From: Ministeria vibrans ATCC 50519
Lineage: Eukaryota > Protista > Filasterea
Length of the DNA stretch: 64,000 bases
Direction of reading: 5' to 3'
Assembly (NCBI GenBank): GCA_943704425.1
Contig: CALSCP010000307.1
Span: 6,318-70,317 of the forward strand
The position numbers and the translations under genes are program-made. Positions 1 to 12,612 of this stretch are shown one piece after another; the first letter of the stretch is position 1; every line of letters begins with the position of its first letter. The notes under the pieces are model-generated. The model ran no database searches. It was given only the letters and a program-made list of their open reading frames with translations, and was not told where the DNA came from.

Positions 1-3000
1 GTATCCACCTACAGTGGCCGTGTTCGTTGCACCGGTGGCTCGCGCGCCCGCTTTTTTGCTCGTTGTCGATCGTGGCATCACCGTCACACATCTGCTCGAA
101 TACATTTTGGCCAAACACCGGCGCGAAGTTGCACCTGCTCGTGTTGGTGTGCTCACCGCCGCTGACGATGTGCGTCTCTGGCTCTTACCTGGACCTGTCG
201 GCCATGTTGTTGGCACCCAGGATCGCCCCGGCAACTTGCTTGCACCCTCTGCGAGCCTGTCAGCGTCAGGAATTGACGACAATGCGCGCGTGTACGTCGA
301 AGTTCGCTCGCACTCGGGGGCCTGGCCGACAAGCATTGTCGATCTGTCGTCATCGTCCTCGTCGTCGTCGCCCTCTGCCCTTGCCATGCCGTCTTCTACT
401 CCCGCCTCCACTGCTGCTGCAACACCATCTACGATTGTTTCTACGACCAGAGCACCTGCGGTCACCCCTGGCTGCACGGGCCTTGCCAATCTCGGCAACA
501 CTTGTTTTCTCAACTCGGCCGTCCAGTCCATTTGCCATGCGCCTCCTTTTGTCACCTACTTTCGTCGCCAATTGCACAGCTACGAGTACAACCTGAACAA
601 TCCGATGGGCATGAACGGTCACATTGCTATGGAGTTTGGCGAGCTCTGCAATTCGCTCTGGAGTGGCAGCCAGGTGTGCGTCACGCCTGCTCGCATGCGC
701 AGCACCATCATTCGCTACGCCTCACAGTTTGCTGGCACCGAGCAGCACGATCCTCAGGAGCTCATGTCTTTCCTGCTTGACGGCCTCCACGAAGATCTCA
801 ACCGTGTGACGGTCAAGCCGTACAAGGAGCTTGCCGACTCGGACGGGCGCCCCGACGATCAGGTCGCCGCAGAGTGGTGGGAGAACCACACGGCACGCAA
901 CCGCTCTATTGTAGTCGACTGTTTCCATGGTCAGTTGCGCTCACGCGTACGCTGCAACGAGTGTGATTTTGAAAACGTCACGTTTGACCCGTTCACCTTC
1001 TTGACGTTGCCCCTCCCTGTTGATCTCGACGTTTTTCTTGAGGCTGTCATTGTGCACTTGCCCGACGACAACACGCGTCCCGTGCCCATGCGCTACAGTG
1101 TACGCTGTGCCTTTCGCGACACTTACGCTCAGTTTTGTGAATCGCTTGCTAAACTCTGCGACCTTTCCGCCTCACACTTGCTCGTCGCCGAGGTGTCTAG
1201 TGCTCGCGTCTTCCGCTACATTTCTCTCGATCGTACTGTCCAGCCCACCTTTGGCTCGCCTTTGTACGTGTACCAATTGCCCTCGGTTGCTGCCGCTCCT
1301 GCGACGGCGGCCTCGGCTGCAACCCAAACCGCTTCTGTGCCTCCCACCGAGCCTGTTCCGGCGGCGGTCAACTGTTCTGTCATTGCCCAGCAGCCTACTG
1401 GGCAAAAGAGCGATCCAGCCGCGGCTATGACGCCGCCATTGCCTGGCGGCGGCGAGAGTGGTGACAACGGTGGGGCGCCCACTGCCGCCTCCGACTTGTT
1501 CGTGACGGTGCCTCGCAAAGGCAACAAGGGACTTTTGCACAACGTGACACACCTATTCAAGTCATCCGCATCGTCCACGGCAACCGCCAATAACACCATC
1601 ACCAACTCTGCTACTGCTCCGAAAGGCGTTGGCTCCACGTCTACCATCATGCAGGGCCATCCACGTATGCCTCGTGCCCCCGTCAGCGACACAATCACAT
1701 GTGTTCATCGTACAGTGTCACGTCAGCCGGCACACTATCTCCATCCTGTACACACCATTCTGTTTGGCCTTCCTATTGTGCTTCACGTCGGCTCATTGCG
1801 CACTCCCGCCGATCTCTACGTCGCAGTCTGGAGCTACGTGCGACGCTTTGTGCGCCCACCCATGCGCACCTCCCCTTCAATGCCCGACACACATCCTTTT
1901 CCTTCCGATGCCTCTGCCTCTGTTCTTACGCAAGTTTACTCCGCCGAGCGACCCCCGTTCATTCTTCGCCTTGTCGACGCAACAGGTTCAAATCAAATAA
2001 CCGGGTTTTATTATTATTATTTTATAATTAATAATAATAATACGTCATCTTTTTATTATACTCAGGTCATCGGTGTGCGGTGTGCAGCTGGGAACGACGC
2101 TGCAATGGATGTGGGTTGTCAGCCCAGGACACAACAAGCGCTCTGAAGCTGACAAGTGGCTTTATTGCAATTGACTGGCACACTCGCGCATTCCACCTGC
2201 GCTACTCGAGTGCCCTTGAGAAGGTAGTCAGTTACTTTTCTCTGGGTTTCTTCTCTTCTTTTCCTCTCACCCACCTTGTTTTTTTTTTGCTTCCCGCTTT
2301 TGTGTGTTTGTTTCTTTTTTTTTCTTCTTATTTGTAGCACACTGTCGATCATGAGCTGGTGGCGATACATCTGAAGGAACAGGGTGAAGCTATCACACTG
2401 AATCAGTGCCTCGATGCGTAAGCGTCTGTTTATTCGTCTGATTTATATATGGTGTGTGCGCGCGTGTGCATTCTGACTCATGCGAGGATAGGTTCATGAA
2501 GGACGAGCAGTTGGGCGAGGACGAAGTGTGGCGCTGTCCCAAATGCGCGGACTTTCGTCGCCCCTTCAAGCAAATGACTCTTTGGAAACTCCCACCTGTG
2601 CTCATCATCCAACTCAAACGGTCGGAACGTGCCACGAGCACTAATATTTTTCATGCGATCCAGTTGCTCAAGTACTGTCTCTGTAGATTTCAATTGGTAC
2701 ATGGTCGATGGGTTAAGGCGCAAAAGAAGATTGCTTTTCCGTCGACGGGACTTGCTCTGGCACATGGCAATGCCGCAGAGAGCACCGAGACGGTGTATGA
2801 CTTGTCTAGTGTGGTGCATCACACCGGTACGCGGCTTATGCAATGTTTGTTATGCAACGCTGCGCTTACAGCCGCCTTTCATTTGTGTCGAGTAGGAATT
2901 ATGGGTGGTGGACATTGCACGACGCAGGCGCGTGTGGACGGCGACTGGAAGATGTTTAACGACTCTCGCGTGATGGACTGCGATCCGCCAGGCCTGACTC

Positions 3001-3236
3001 CCGCCCAGCTTGCACGTCTGAGTTTCGATGGCAATGCAACGCTAACTGACTCGTCGGATTCGACCGAGAGCCTGAGTGCTCTGGCATCGTCGGCCGCCTA
3101 CGTGCTGTGCTACACTGCACACGCGGCCGACATCGATGCGCTCATGCCCGTTCTGGACGACACTGCGGAGGTCCGCAAGGTTCCGACGTCCGATGGTCGG
3201 CGCTCTGCGAACAACTCAAACTGTGTTGTACAATAG
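1..3236 (+). CDS. USP32: Ubiquitin-specific protease (peptidase C19), USP32/USP4-15 type; 5' part lies upstream of the window; multi-exon
   Basis: Cys box GLANLGNTCFLNS, QHDPQEL..FLLDGLHEDLNRV, CxxC pairs (CNEC; WRCPKC), LWKLPPVLIIQLKR, His box HHTG-IMGGGH, WKMFNDS, AYVLCY. C-terminal CVVQ* resembles the CVLQ CaaX end of USP32. Confidence 0.85.
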
Positions 3237-3341
3237 ACACACCACTTGCACGCGTATAACATCACAGACAATGCAATAGGCGCACTTTTTCCGATTTACA
3301 TTGGGCAGTCTTTCATTGTCATTTTGCTTCTGTTCCCTTCC

Positions 3342-5379
3342 TCAAATGCTCATTTCGGCCTTGATCGCCTTGACAAATTCGGCAGTGGTCGCCTTGCCGC
3401 CCAAGTCCTTGGTGAGAACCTACAAAGCGAAACAGAAGAATGTGTGAGAGAATGAGAAATAGAGCGGAGAAAGAGAGTGGAGAAAGAGAGTTGAGAAAGA
3501 GTGGAGAAGAAAAAGAAAGAGAGTGGAGAAGAAAAAGAAAGAGAGTGGAGAAAGAGAGTGAAGAAAGAAAGAGAGTGGAGAAAGAGAGTGGAGAAAGAGA
3601 GTGAAGAAAGAAAGAGAGTGGAGAAAGAGAGTTGAGAAAGAGTGGAGAAGAAAAGAAAGAGAGTGGAGAAGAAAAAGAAAGAGAGTGGAGAAAGAGAGTG
3701 AAGAAAGAAAGAGAGTGGAGAAAGAGAGTTGAGAAAGAGTGGAGAAGAAAAAGAAAGAGAGTGGAGAAAGAGAGCGCTTAGACGTACGTTTCCGTTCTTG
3801 ATGACTCTCTTGAGGGCAAACACAATGTTGTCGGCGTGGGTGCTGAGGTTGAGGTGGCGCAGCATGAGCGTACTGCAGAAGATGGTTGCCGTTGGGTTGG
3901 CAATGCCCTGTCCCTTAATGTCCTGTCCCGAATGACGTGTGCCCGGCTCAAACAGTGCCTGGGGAGGCCAACGAGAGAAAACAGTGAGAAGAAGAATGAA
4001 AACGGAACCAAAGTCAACAAGACGACGTACCGCATCGCGTCCCATGTTCACGCCCGGCACCACGCCCGGCCCGCCAATGAGACCCGCCCCAATGTTGCCA
4101 ATGATGTTTCCGTACAGGTTGGGCGTTACAAGCACATCAAACTGCTGCGGACGCGACACCATTTGCATCGACGCATTGTCGACGATCATCGAGTCGTACG
4201 CGATGTGCGGGTAGAACTCGCTGACGCGCTTGCACGCCGAAAGAAACTCTCCATCCGCTAGTTTCCTGTGAATCCCAACAGTGTGCGTATGAGTGATTCA
4301 GAAACGGACAAAGCAGAGCGGAGGTACGCGGAAAAGTCAAAGTTAACAACAAAAAGAGTGTGAGAGAGTAGTGTGACGGCAATAGAATCAAAACAACGTT
4401 TGAATAGAGACTCAGACAATTGGTGAGAGGGAGAGAGAGTCTGACAACAAAATTGAATCAAAATAGAGTCAGATATAAGAGGGCACAATTAAATCAAAAG
4501 GACCGTTAAATTATATCAAAAAGAGAGATAGAGCAAATGAAACAAAAATATATAATTATAGTCAAACAAAAAGTAAAGGACAATCAAATAGCTTAGAAAT
4601 AAAATACAAGTCCTTACATGATGTTTGCCTTGTGCACCGCCGTAACCTTCTTACGGTTGTTGAGATGGGCATAGTCAAAAGCAAACTTGGCAATGCGCTC
4701 TGAGCTCTCTCTTGTGATCACTTTGAGAGCTTCCACAATGCCAGGCACACTCTATCAACCGGCGACGTTCACTTCACTCGCTTCCTTTCTGTTTCCCTTC
4801 CGCATTACCTCATGTTCGAGACCACTGTACTCACCCTCGGAGTTTTCGCGAATGACAACCAGGTCCACGTTGCGATGGCGCGTCTGGATGGGCAGCGACC
4901 GGCACTTGAGCACACTGGCAAACAGTCCCAGCGCCTGACGGATCTCAAGGTTGGCCGACAACCTACACGTCGATTCACTTCAATGAGTACACTTCGCCAC
5001 ACACCAGCGCACACCCTACCGACTTCCAGCGCCAATGGGAGTGTGGATTTTGCCTGGAAACACAAAACAGGTCAGAAGGAATGAAGAAAAACGAGCAAGA
5101 ATGGGTCGGGCGGCGTCGTTCGCATTGCGGGCGCGCCACATTCTTCCGCCAGCACACGCACAGCAACGCAGCGGACGGCGTGCGCGCAGTGCAGTGGGGG
5201 GGCGTTGCGCGGGCGGTACCTTTGATGCCGACACGGTTTCGCTTCATCGACAGAATCGCATCATTCAGCTGGTACTCAAAGTTGGCCGCGTCGGATCGCA
5301 CATCAATGCGATCAAAGCGAACAGGGGAACGCGCTACGAAGAGCAGCAGATGTACAAGAAGATTCAGTGTGAGAGAAGT

Positions 5380-5425
<46 letters not shown>

Positions 5426-5683
5426 AAAGGAAAGAGAGTTTTGTCTTTGGGTTGCAATGCAATACCGTGTTCGTGGATGTCGCTGACGACGTCCATAAGC
5501 TCGTCGCCAACACCATCGCCGGGGATCATCGTCACGGTGTACACCCCGCCATACGCAGTGGGGCTGGTCGTCTACAGCGCACAGCGCGTCAGGGGCGTGC
5601 GCGCGAGCATTCACTCCTACCGATGTGCTTGACATGGCCCGGCTCACGGCCGGCCCAATCCTTCGAACTGATCGGCTCAACAT
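3342..5683 (-). CDS. Mitochondrial NAD-dependent isocitrate dehydrogenase, regulatory (non-catalytic, beta/gamma or yeast IDH1 type) subunit; multi-exon
   Basis: Arg/Ser-rich presequence [69 protein letters not shown] (Asn rather than the catalytic-subunit Asp), ANPTA, last exon [14 protein letters not shown]. Confidence 0.92.
3455..3775. repeat. Purine-rich minisatellite (units like GAAAGAGAGTGGAGAA) in the last IDH intron
   Basis: Directly visible imperfect tandem repeat between the donor near 3785 and the acceptor near 3421. Confidence 0.85.
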
Positions 5684-6023
5684 TGTTATTCTTAAAAAAA
5701 TGTTTAAAAGAATAATAATGATTAATTTTGTCCAATTTATTCACTTTTGTTGGTTTTATACAGTTTCAACTTCAGCAACGCCAATACCTGTGTCTTCGCG
5801 TGGTGATGGCATCATAATTCATTAATAATAAATGGCCAAATGGGTTGTATTCTTCTTCTTCTTCTTATAAATGGGTTGTATTCTTCTTATTAATACTAAT
5901 TATGAAGTTTCAAAATATTTCAATTGTTTGGGCTCTTCATCATGCAATTTGTTCGTTCTTCTGAAACCCTTCCGACATCCCAACAATTATCATAAAAAAA
6001 CTCCAAACTTAATAATAATAATA

Positions 6024-6056
<33 letters not shown>

Positions 6057-6099
6057 ATTGGTTGTCTTTTCTGTGTACAAAAATAAGAAAAAAACCGGA

Positions 6100-9000
6100 T
6101 CAGACAGCCACGAAGCCGGTGAAATGCACAAAGTGCGAATCGTCAAAGGAGGTGTTGAGAGCACCCACGGCCGAGTCAACGCTGGCAACCATGCGGGGTG
6201 GACCTGTCGAGAACACGCCAATCTTTTGGTTGGGATGCAGGAGTTGCACCTGCTGAAGCACACTGACGAAGTCAGGGCGGCCAAAGTGCGTGACGGCCCG
6301 TGTGCCCGTGAGCACGCTGCGCTCACCCTGCGTCTCCGACGAGGACCGCTCCGCCACGTACAGCATCAGCGTGCGCAAGTCAAACTTCTGCTTGGCCTGC
6401 GTAATAAACACGTGCGCCTCCAGAATGCCGTCCTTGTCTTCTTCCTCCGCCTCGCGAATCACATCGATGAACCACTCAAATTTCTTCTGTGAACGACACA
6501 CCCACAAAAAGTAGACATGCTGCACGACAGAGCGACGCGCCCGCTGCACCAAATCCTTCAAGATGGACGCGTAGGGCGTGACGCCAATGCCTCCGCCAAT
6601 GAGCACGGCCGTCTCGTAACGGTACCACTCCTGGGCACTCTCGCCAAAGGGTCCCTCAATGTAGAGTGGAGGCAGCGCCTGCACTATTTGGTCTGTCTTG
6701 GCCTCGGTTGCACTGTGATGCGCCGTGCGCGTGTCTGGGTACACCTGCGCAAGACGCCGCGTCCACCGACCCACTTGGCGAATGTGCATCTGCAGGTGGT
6801 CTTCATGAGGTGCCGACGTAAGCGTGAACGGGTGGAACTCGCCCCTGCTGATGCCCGCCGTCGCCACACGCACCCACATGCCCGGCTGGTAGACAAACGA
6901 GGCGGGGCGCTCAAAGACGAGACTGATCACGCCGCTCGGCAGATGACGCACTTCAATCACCCGCAGTGCGCGGTGGCGGCGCGAGAGTGTGTACAGCTTG
7001 TCGAGCACATACACAAAGATGGAGGGCGCCAGGAAAAACTGGAAGTAGGGTGCCTGCACCAGCTGGAGCGAGCCATGGAGCACAGTCAAAATGTAAATGA
7101 GGGGCGACAGGTAGCGGTGGGTCAGCGTGAAAAAGTCGTAGGCGTGGCGGCGCATGTAGGGTGTGAGGAAGGCCACAAAGGTGACCACGACAAAGACAAG
7201 GGTGTAGCCAGTGATGCCCGTCATCGTCTGGAACAGCCAGTAGGTGTAGCCAGGCGTCTCGGACGAGTAGTGAAATACGGCTGGCAACAGACACGTCAAG
7301 TCCTCGCTGGGCTGCGTCACAATGCTGTAAAAGTTAACGCAGTGCCCGGCCGTGTGCACCAGCGCCGCACCCACAAAGGTCCAGCCAACGATGCTGTGAA
7401 AGGAGATGGCCTCGTCGAGGGGCAGCAAATGGCGAACGGGCGTCGAGCGCAGCAGTGTGATGGTGTTGCGCGACACAGCGAGCAGAAGCACCGAGAGTGT
7501 GAACATAATGACGGAGGCAGAGCCGCGTGTGGTCGCCACACCAAAGCCAGTGATGCGGCGCAGTCCACGTGACTCGCGCAGATAGCCGTAGTAATGGAAG
7601 CGCTCGACAAAGATGAGAATCACCGCAATGGTGTAGAGCGACAGCCAGAAGACGGAGAGGCGGTTATCGCGCAGCCAAGCTCGCATACGCGTCCAGCGCG
7701 TGGACACGGCAAGAGGCACGGCGTTCAGGTGTGCCACCGACGGCGGTTCTTTGGCGCTCTTGGTGAGCGGTCGATCAATGCCCAGCATGTTGCTGTTCGA
7801 CATGGCGCCCATGTGGTCCGACGAAGGTGGGCCGTCGTGCGCGTTCACTGATTCATTGGACGCGTTCAATTGCGAGCGGCCCTCAAGCAAGTCAATAACC
7901 GCACGCGATTTGGGACGTTGTTGCGATGCCCGCGACGCGACCGCGCGTGCTTGCGCCGCCTCAAACTCCGCCTGTGCTTGGGCCTGTGCGGCAATGACTG
8001 CGGCGGCACTTGATACCGACGTGGACTGACGTCCCGGCTGCGGCACCGACACACTTCCGCGCAGTAGTGTCGGATTGCGCCCTGGCAGGTGTCGATTGGG
8101 ATGCACCGACACAACCGATGTGCGACGACTTGCGACACCAATGGCCGAGACGGGTCGAGCCTCACCGTCGACCAGCTCTGCACCGTCGCCATTGCCATCG
8201 CTACTCGGCGTGGGGCCCGTCGACGAGCCCAGGGCCACTTTGATGCGGTGGAAGGGGGAGCGACCACCCGCACGCGTCGGCTTCATATCAAAGTTGTTGT
8301 TCATGGAAGACATGGCCGGATTGAACTGCATGTCGTCGAGGAGCACCGTGTGTTCAACGCCAAGTAGACGCTCAAAGGCGGCCAGGGTCATGTCCTGCCC
8401 GGCTATTATGCCTGCACGCATGTACAGACGCTTCGCCAGCTCGTCGACGTGATCGCTGCTGAGCAACTCGACGCCGCTCGCCTCAAGGTTTGCGCGCAAC
8501 ATCATCTTGAACGTCTCAAAGTCAATGGTGCCGTCGCCATTAACGTCGTACACACCAAAAAGAAAATTCATCTTTTGTTCGGGTGTGCCGCGCGACATTG
8601 TCGTCAGCATGTCGAGCACCGCACGAAAGGGTACATGATCACGGCCGGGACCCACGAGCATGTCGCACACCTGCTTGGCAAAAGCACCGTCCGGGGGCAG
8701 GTCAAACGCAAAGCAGAACTCAGCGCGAGTGAGTGTCTTGTGCAAAAGAGCGCCCGTGGTGGGACCCAGCGACTCGACAATGCGGTGGATCTCAATGTCC
8801 GGCGTGTCCGTTGTAACCCGGCTGAACGGTTGCGACATGGCGACGCGCAGGAAGCGACGCACTTCGGCTTGACGGTCTTCTCTGGCGACAAGGCGCTTTT
8901 GAACCTGACGGTCCGACAGCGGCTTGTTTGTGTCGATGAGTAGACAGCCGGTGGCGTACGAGTGTTCGGCGGCGCGCAACTGCTCGAGGAAGGCATCGCG

Positions 9001-10084
9001 TCGCGAGACCGCACCAAACATGATGTGCGTGGAGTGATGCATGGGGTCGAGGAAAAGAACGCCGCACGTGTTCACACGTTCGTCGCCACAGGCGTACACT
9101 TGGACAGGATACTCACGCTGGGTCGGATGGATCTTGCGCATAAGAGTAAGCGACGTGGCATCAAACAGTAGTACGCCCGTGGTGCCGTCCGAAATGGCGA
9201 CGTAGCAGGCGGTTGGCTGGGCGTCGCGCGACGACAGATCGATTGCCCCGTGCAACGTCAGGTTGTCAATGGTAAGGACGTCGGGTGCGCTGACGCCGTC
9301 GATGCAGGCGCCAGTGGGAATGAGAGCCGGATCGACGCGTGTCCACCACGACGACCAGAAGGGGTTGTGGAAGACACCAAAGAAGCCCCACTTGTGTCGA
9401 CGCCACGTTGCGGCAAGATACATGCCCAGAGCGTTGAAAAGAATCCACACGCCAATGGCGCCCAGGGCCCACGCTGTCTCCTCGCGACCTTCCGTGTCGT
9501 TGTAAAAATCAAATTCGTGCAGTTCGGTGCACTCTTCCATGTCAGACACCTCGAGCTGCTTTGGTTGGGGGCAAGGATCGCCGTTGACGTGGTGGAAGAC
9601 GTCGTCCTGAATGTCGTCGTGAGCGATGGCCGTGTTGCGACGGATGAGGTCTGCTATCGTCGTGTTGTGGATGATGGCAATCTCTTCGGCGGAAAAGAGT
9701 GAGTTCTTGGTGTTCTCAAACCACCAGCGGTCAGCGTCGCGGATGCGCGAGAACTGATCAATGATGATGGTGGTAAAGAGTTCACCGGGGTCCATGCCTG
9801 TCTCGACAATGCCTCCGGCCCACACGTCAATGTTATCCAGCGACCCATTGTACGCCCGCTCCAGCGCCTCCCACGCGCCATTATTGGGCACGTCCGGCGA
9901 CGGAATCTCACTGAAGTTGGCCTTGCGTGGCAGCCCAAATGCTGAGAGAGAGAGTATTATTATGATACCAAAATAATAATAATAATAATAATAATAATAG
10001 TTATAATACTATAATAGTTATAATACTATTATAATAATAATAATAATAATAATAGTTATAATACTATAATAGTTATAATACTAT

Positions 10085-10141
<57 letters not shown>

Positions 10142-10212
10142 ATAATAGTTATAATACTATAATAGTTATAATACTATAATAGTTATAATACTATTATAAT
10201 AATAACAACAAC

Positions 10213-10251
<39 letters not shown>

Positions 10252-10264
10252 ATACGAAGGAGAG

Positions 10265-10298
<34 letters not shown>

Positions 10299-12068
10299 CA
10301 ATTAATAATAATAACAATAAAATAATAATATTATAAGAATAACATTACGTCTTATAATAATGCACCGACTGGTCAAGTCAAAAACCAAACTATAAATGAT
10401 CAAAACAGAGAGGAAAATAAACAACATGAACGGCTTACCTTCTCGAATGGTCTGGTAGTCGGGGACACCGTGGTCGCGGCCGCGCTGGATGTTGAGGACC
10501 ATAAGGTCGCGACGAGACTGGTCGAGGGGTCCTTGAACAAAGTTGCGCAGGTCCTCGACAATGATACGGTCTTCGCGCTCGCAGATTTGCGACGAGAGAC
10601 CCATTAGCATGTCGGCAAGGCCATGCTCGAGGACAGCCTCGTTAGGCGTGAAGAAGGAGTTACAGGTGCGAAAGGCAATGTTGCCAGCGTCGCCCGTCGC
10701 GTTGGTCGTCGTATGAAAGACGCACTGGTTGTTGCGGCGGTAGCCTCCGGGTGGCACGACGGTGTGGCCAAAGCGCATAGCAGCAACGTGGAAGGGTTGC
10801 GAGATGCCCGGTGACGTCGTCGGGTGGTAGCCCGTGTAGGCAGGCAGGTCCTGGTTGGTGAAGGCGGGCACCCATTCGTAGGCGGTGATGCGCTGCTGAT
10901 GGGCAATGGTCCACTGGCGGGCACGCTGGTAGAGGTCCTCGTCGCTCCAGTCAGGGTGGATGTTGCGCAACCGACGCGCTTGGTAGTTGTGCTCGCGGTA
11001 GAGCAACAGCTCGACGGAGAGCAACATGGGGTTTTCGTTTTGAGCGGCGTTGCCGGTGCGAAAGAAGCGCGCAGGCGAGATTTGGCGATTGACCGTGGGC
11101 GGCGCAGGGTTCTCCATCCCAATGCCAATCGTATTGTACGAGGGGTACTCTTCGCCGTTGATATCTTGCGTGAGCAGCTCGCCGTTGGAGAAGGAGCGGA
11201 TGGCGTCACTGACGGCACGACGATCGCCATAGATGACACCGCCGTCAATATAGGGTGTCAGCGTGTTGAGCTGTTCGCGCGGGTTATTCGGCCCCTGGCC
11301 CGATTGGGCGGCAAAACGCGATCGATGGATGGGCATCCATTTCTCGCCGGTACAGTCGTGGTCAAAGGGTTGGTCACACAGGGGAACTTGAACATTGAAA
11401 TATTCGGTGGGACACACCGGTGGCTGGACCGTCACCAGCTCCATGACGGTGAGCTGGCCAAAGAAGACCATGAGCGCAGTACGATTACGCCACGACCCCA
11501 GACCCGAGGCGCCCTTCATGACCTCCTCCGAGATGAGACGCGGGTTGGGCCGTCCGCGACCGGATGGAATGTAGACGCCGTCATCATAGGCGGCCTTCGC
11601 AACCCGTTCCAGCGGCTGGTCCACAATTCCGAGACTCGGAACACCAATGTTGTTGTACCTACGGTCGCAGCGTGCGAGCAATTAGCAAAACGGCAGGGAG
11701 ACGTTGAGTGGCAGGAGGTGTGATAACAAAAGAATTTGAACTTTTTTTTTTTTTTTTTTTTTTTCCCTCTTTCGGCTCAAATGGAGCAGAAGGGCGCGAC
11801 GATGGCACCAAGGGTACACGGCAGCGTGGTTGGTGTCACAAAGACATCTTGACTGAGCTGGGGAGTTGTCGTACCATCCGCTGTAGGATTGGCGCTCTCT
11901 CGTCGACGCATCAAAGTCAATAAGATAATTTGGGTTCTCGTTGAGAAGCGCCGCGATGTTGCTCAAGCTCGTGTTGGTCACGAGCGGCAGCGTGAGTTGC
12001 GCATGAGCCACGGGCGACAGAAGCGCCGCGGTTGCAATGAGCGTGAACACGATCACCCTGAGGTGCAT
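6100..12068 (-). CDS. DUOX: Dual oxidase: signal peptide, peroxidase-like domain, TM, EF-hand region, ferric reductase TM domain, FAD- and NADPH-binding domains; 3 exons (12068-11875, 11658-10439, 9941-6100), 1751 aa
   Basis: Signal peptide MHLRVIVFTLIATAALL. GWYNN forms across intron 1. Also FFGQ, NENP, AAMRFGH, NIQRGRDHG, DQFSRIRDADRWWFEN, DPCPQP, EF loop DVNGDGTID, heme His pairs (FHSIVG..VHTAGH; THR..VLHG), EFHPFTLTSAP, GPFG, GGGIGVTPYAS, THFGRPDF. Spliced length 5256 nt is a multiple of 3. Confidence 0.96.
9972..10335. repeat. (AAT)n/(AAC)n microsatellites plus AATAGTTATAATACTAT units in DUOX intron 2
   Basis: Directly visible. Confidence 0.9.
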
Positions 12069-12612
12069 ATTCGGCAAGTAATGGAGCGTCCGGAGTCGCG
12101 GAGCGAGAGTACGAGTCACAACTGCGTATGTGGGCAGGTTGCAATGCAACAGTGAAAAGAGTGAAAGACCAAAGACAATTCTCAGCGAACTCCTGATCAG
12201 ACGAGGGTCGCGGTGAGTTTTATTTTGGTTGGGTCGCCGAGTTGACACCAAAGCAAAATAAATAGTGGTGTGAACTGTTCGTAGGACGACCGAAATATGC
12301 AACAGGTTGTGCTGGGAGCCATTGGAAACAAGGGTTTGTAGACATTGAGCGAGAACCGAATGCAAACCGACGCCGTTGCAGAGCTACACAACGCAATGCT
12401 ACACGGCGAGTAAATAGGATTTCGTTTTTGCATTAATCGATCATTCTTTTCAACTTACTCGTGCTTCTCCACCGCGCGTCTTGTGTGAAGTGTGAACCGT
12501 CTTCTTCAAAAACACCCCCCCCCCTNNNNNNNNNNCCCCCCCCCCCCCCCCCCCCGGGAGTTTGCAATAGTGACTGTGTGAGCGGGTGTGCGGTGCGCGC
12601 AAGTGAGAAAGT
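12069..12612. promoter_or_regulatory. Putative bidirectional promoter between DUOX and DUOXA (contains a poly-C tract and a small N gap)
   Basis: 544-bp spacer between divergent start codons at 12068 (-) and 12613 (+). Function is inferred. Confidence 0.55.

Noticed and set aside
3421-3785. Repetitive SLSFS peptide in ORF 3350-4189, or a CRISPR-like array
   Set aside because: An intronic minisatellite bounded by GT-AG, with no unique spacers, in a eukaryotic context.
6517-7572. Long plus-strand ORFs opposite DUOX (also 10824-11723) and similar antisense ORFs over Kelch, SET1 and NAA25
   Set aside because: Shadow ORFs produced by GC-rich codon usage on the opposite strand. They contain no recognisable motifs.
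11682-12365. 227-aa minus-strand ORF as a separate gene
   Set aside because: It is DUOX exon 1 (true ATG at 12068) plus upstream and intronic read-through.
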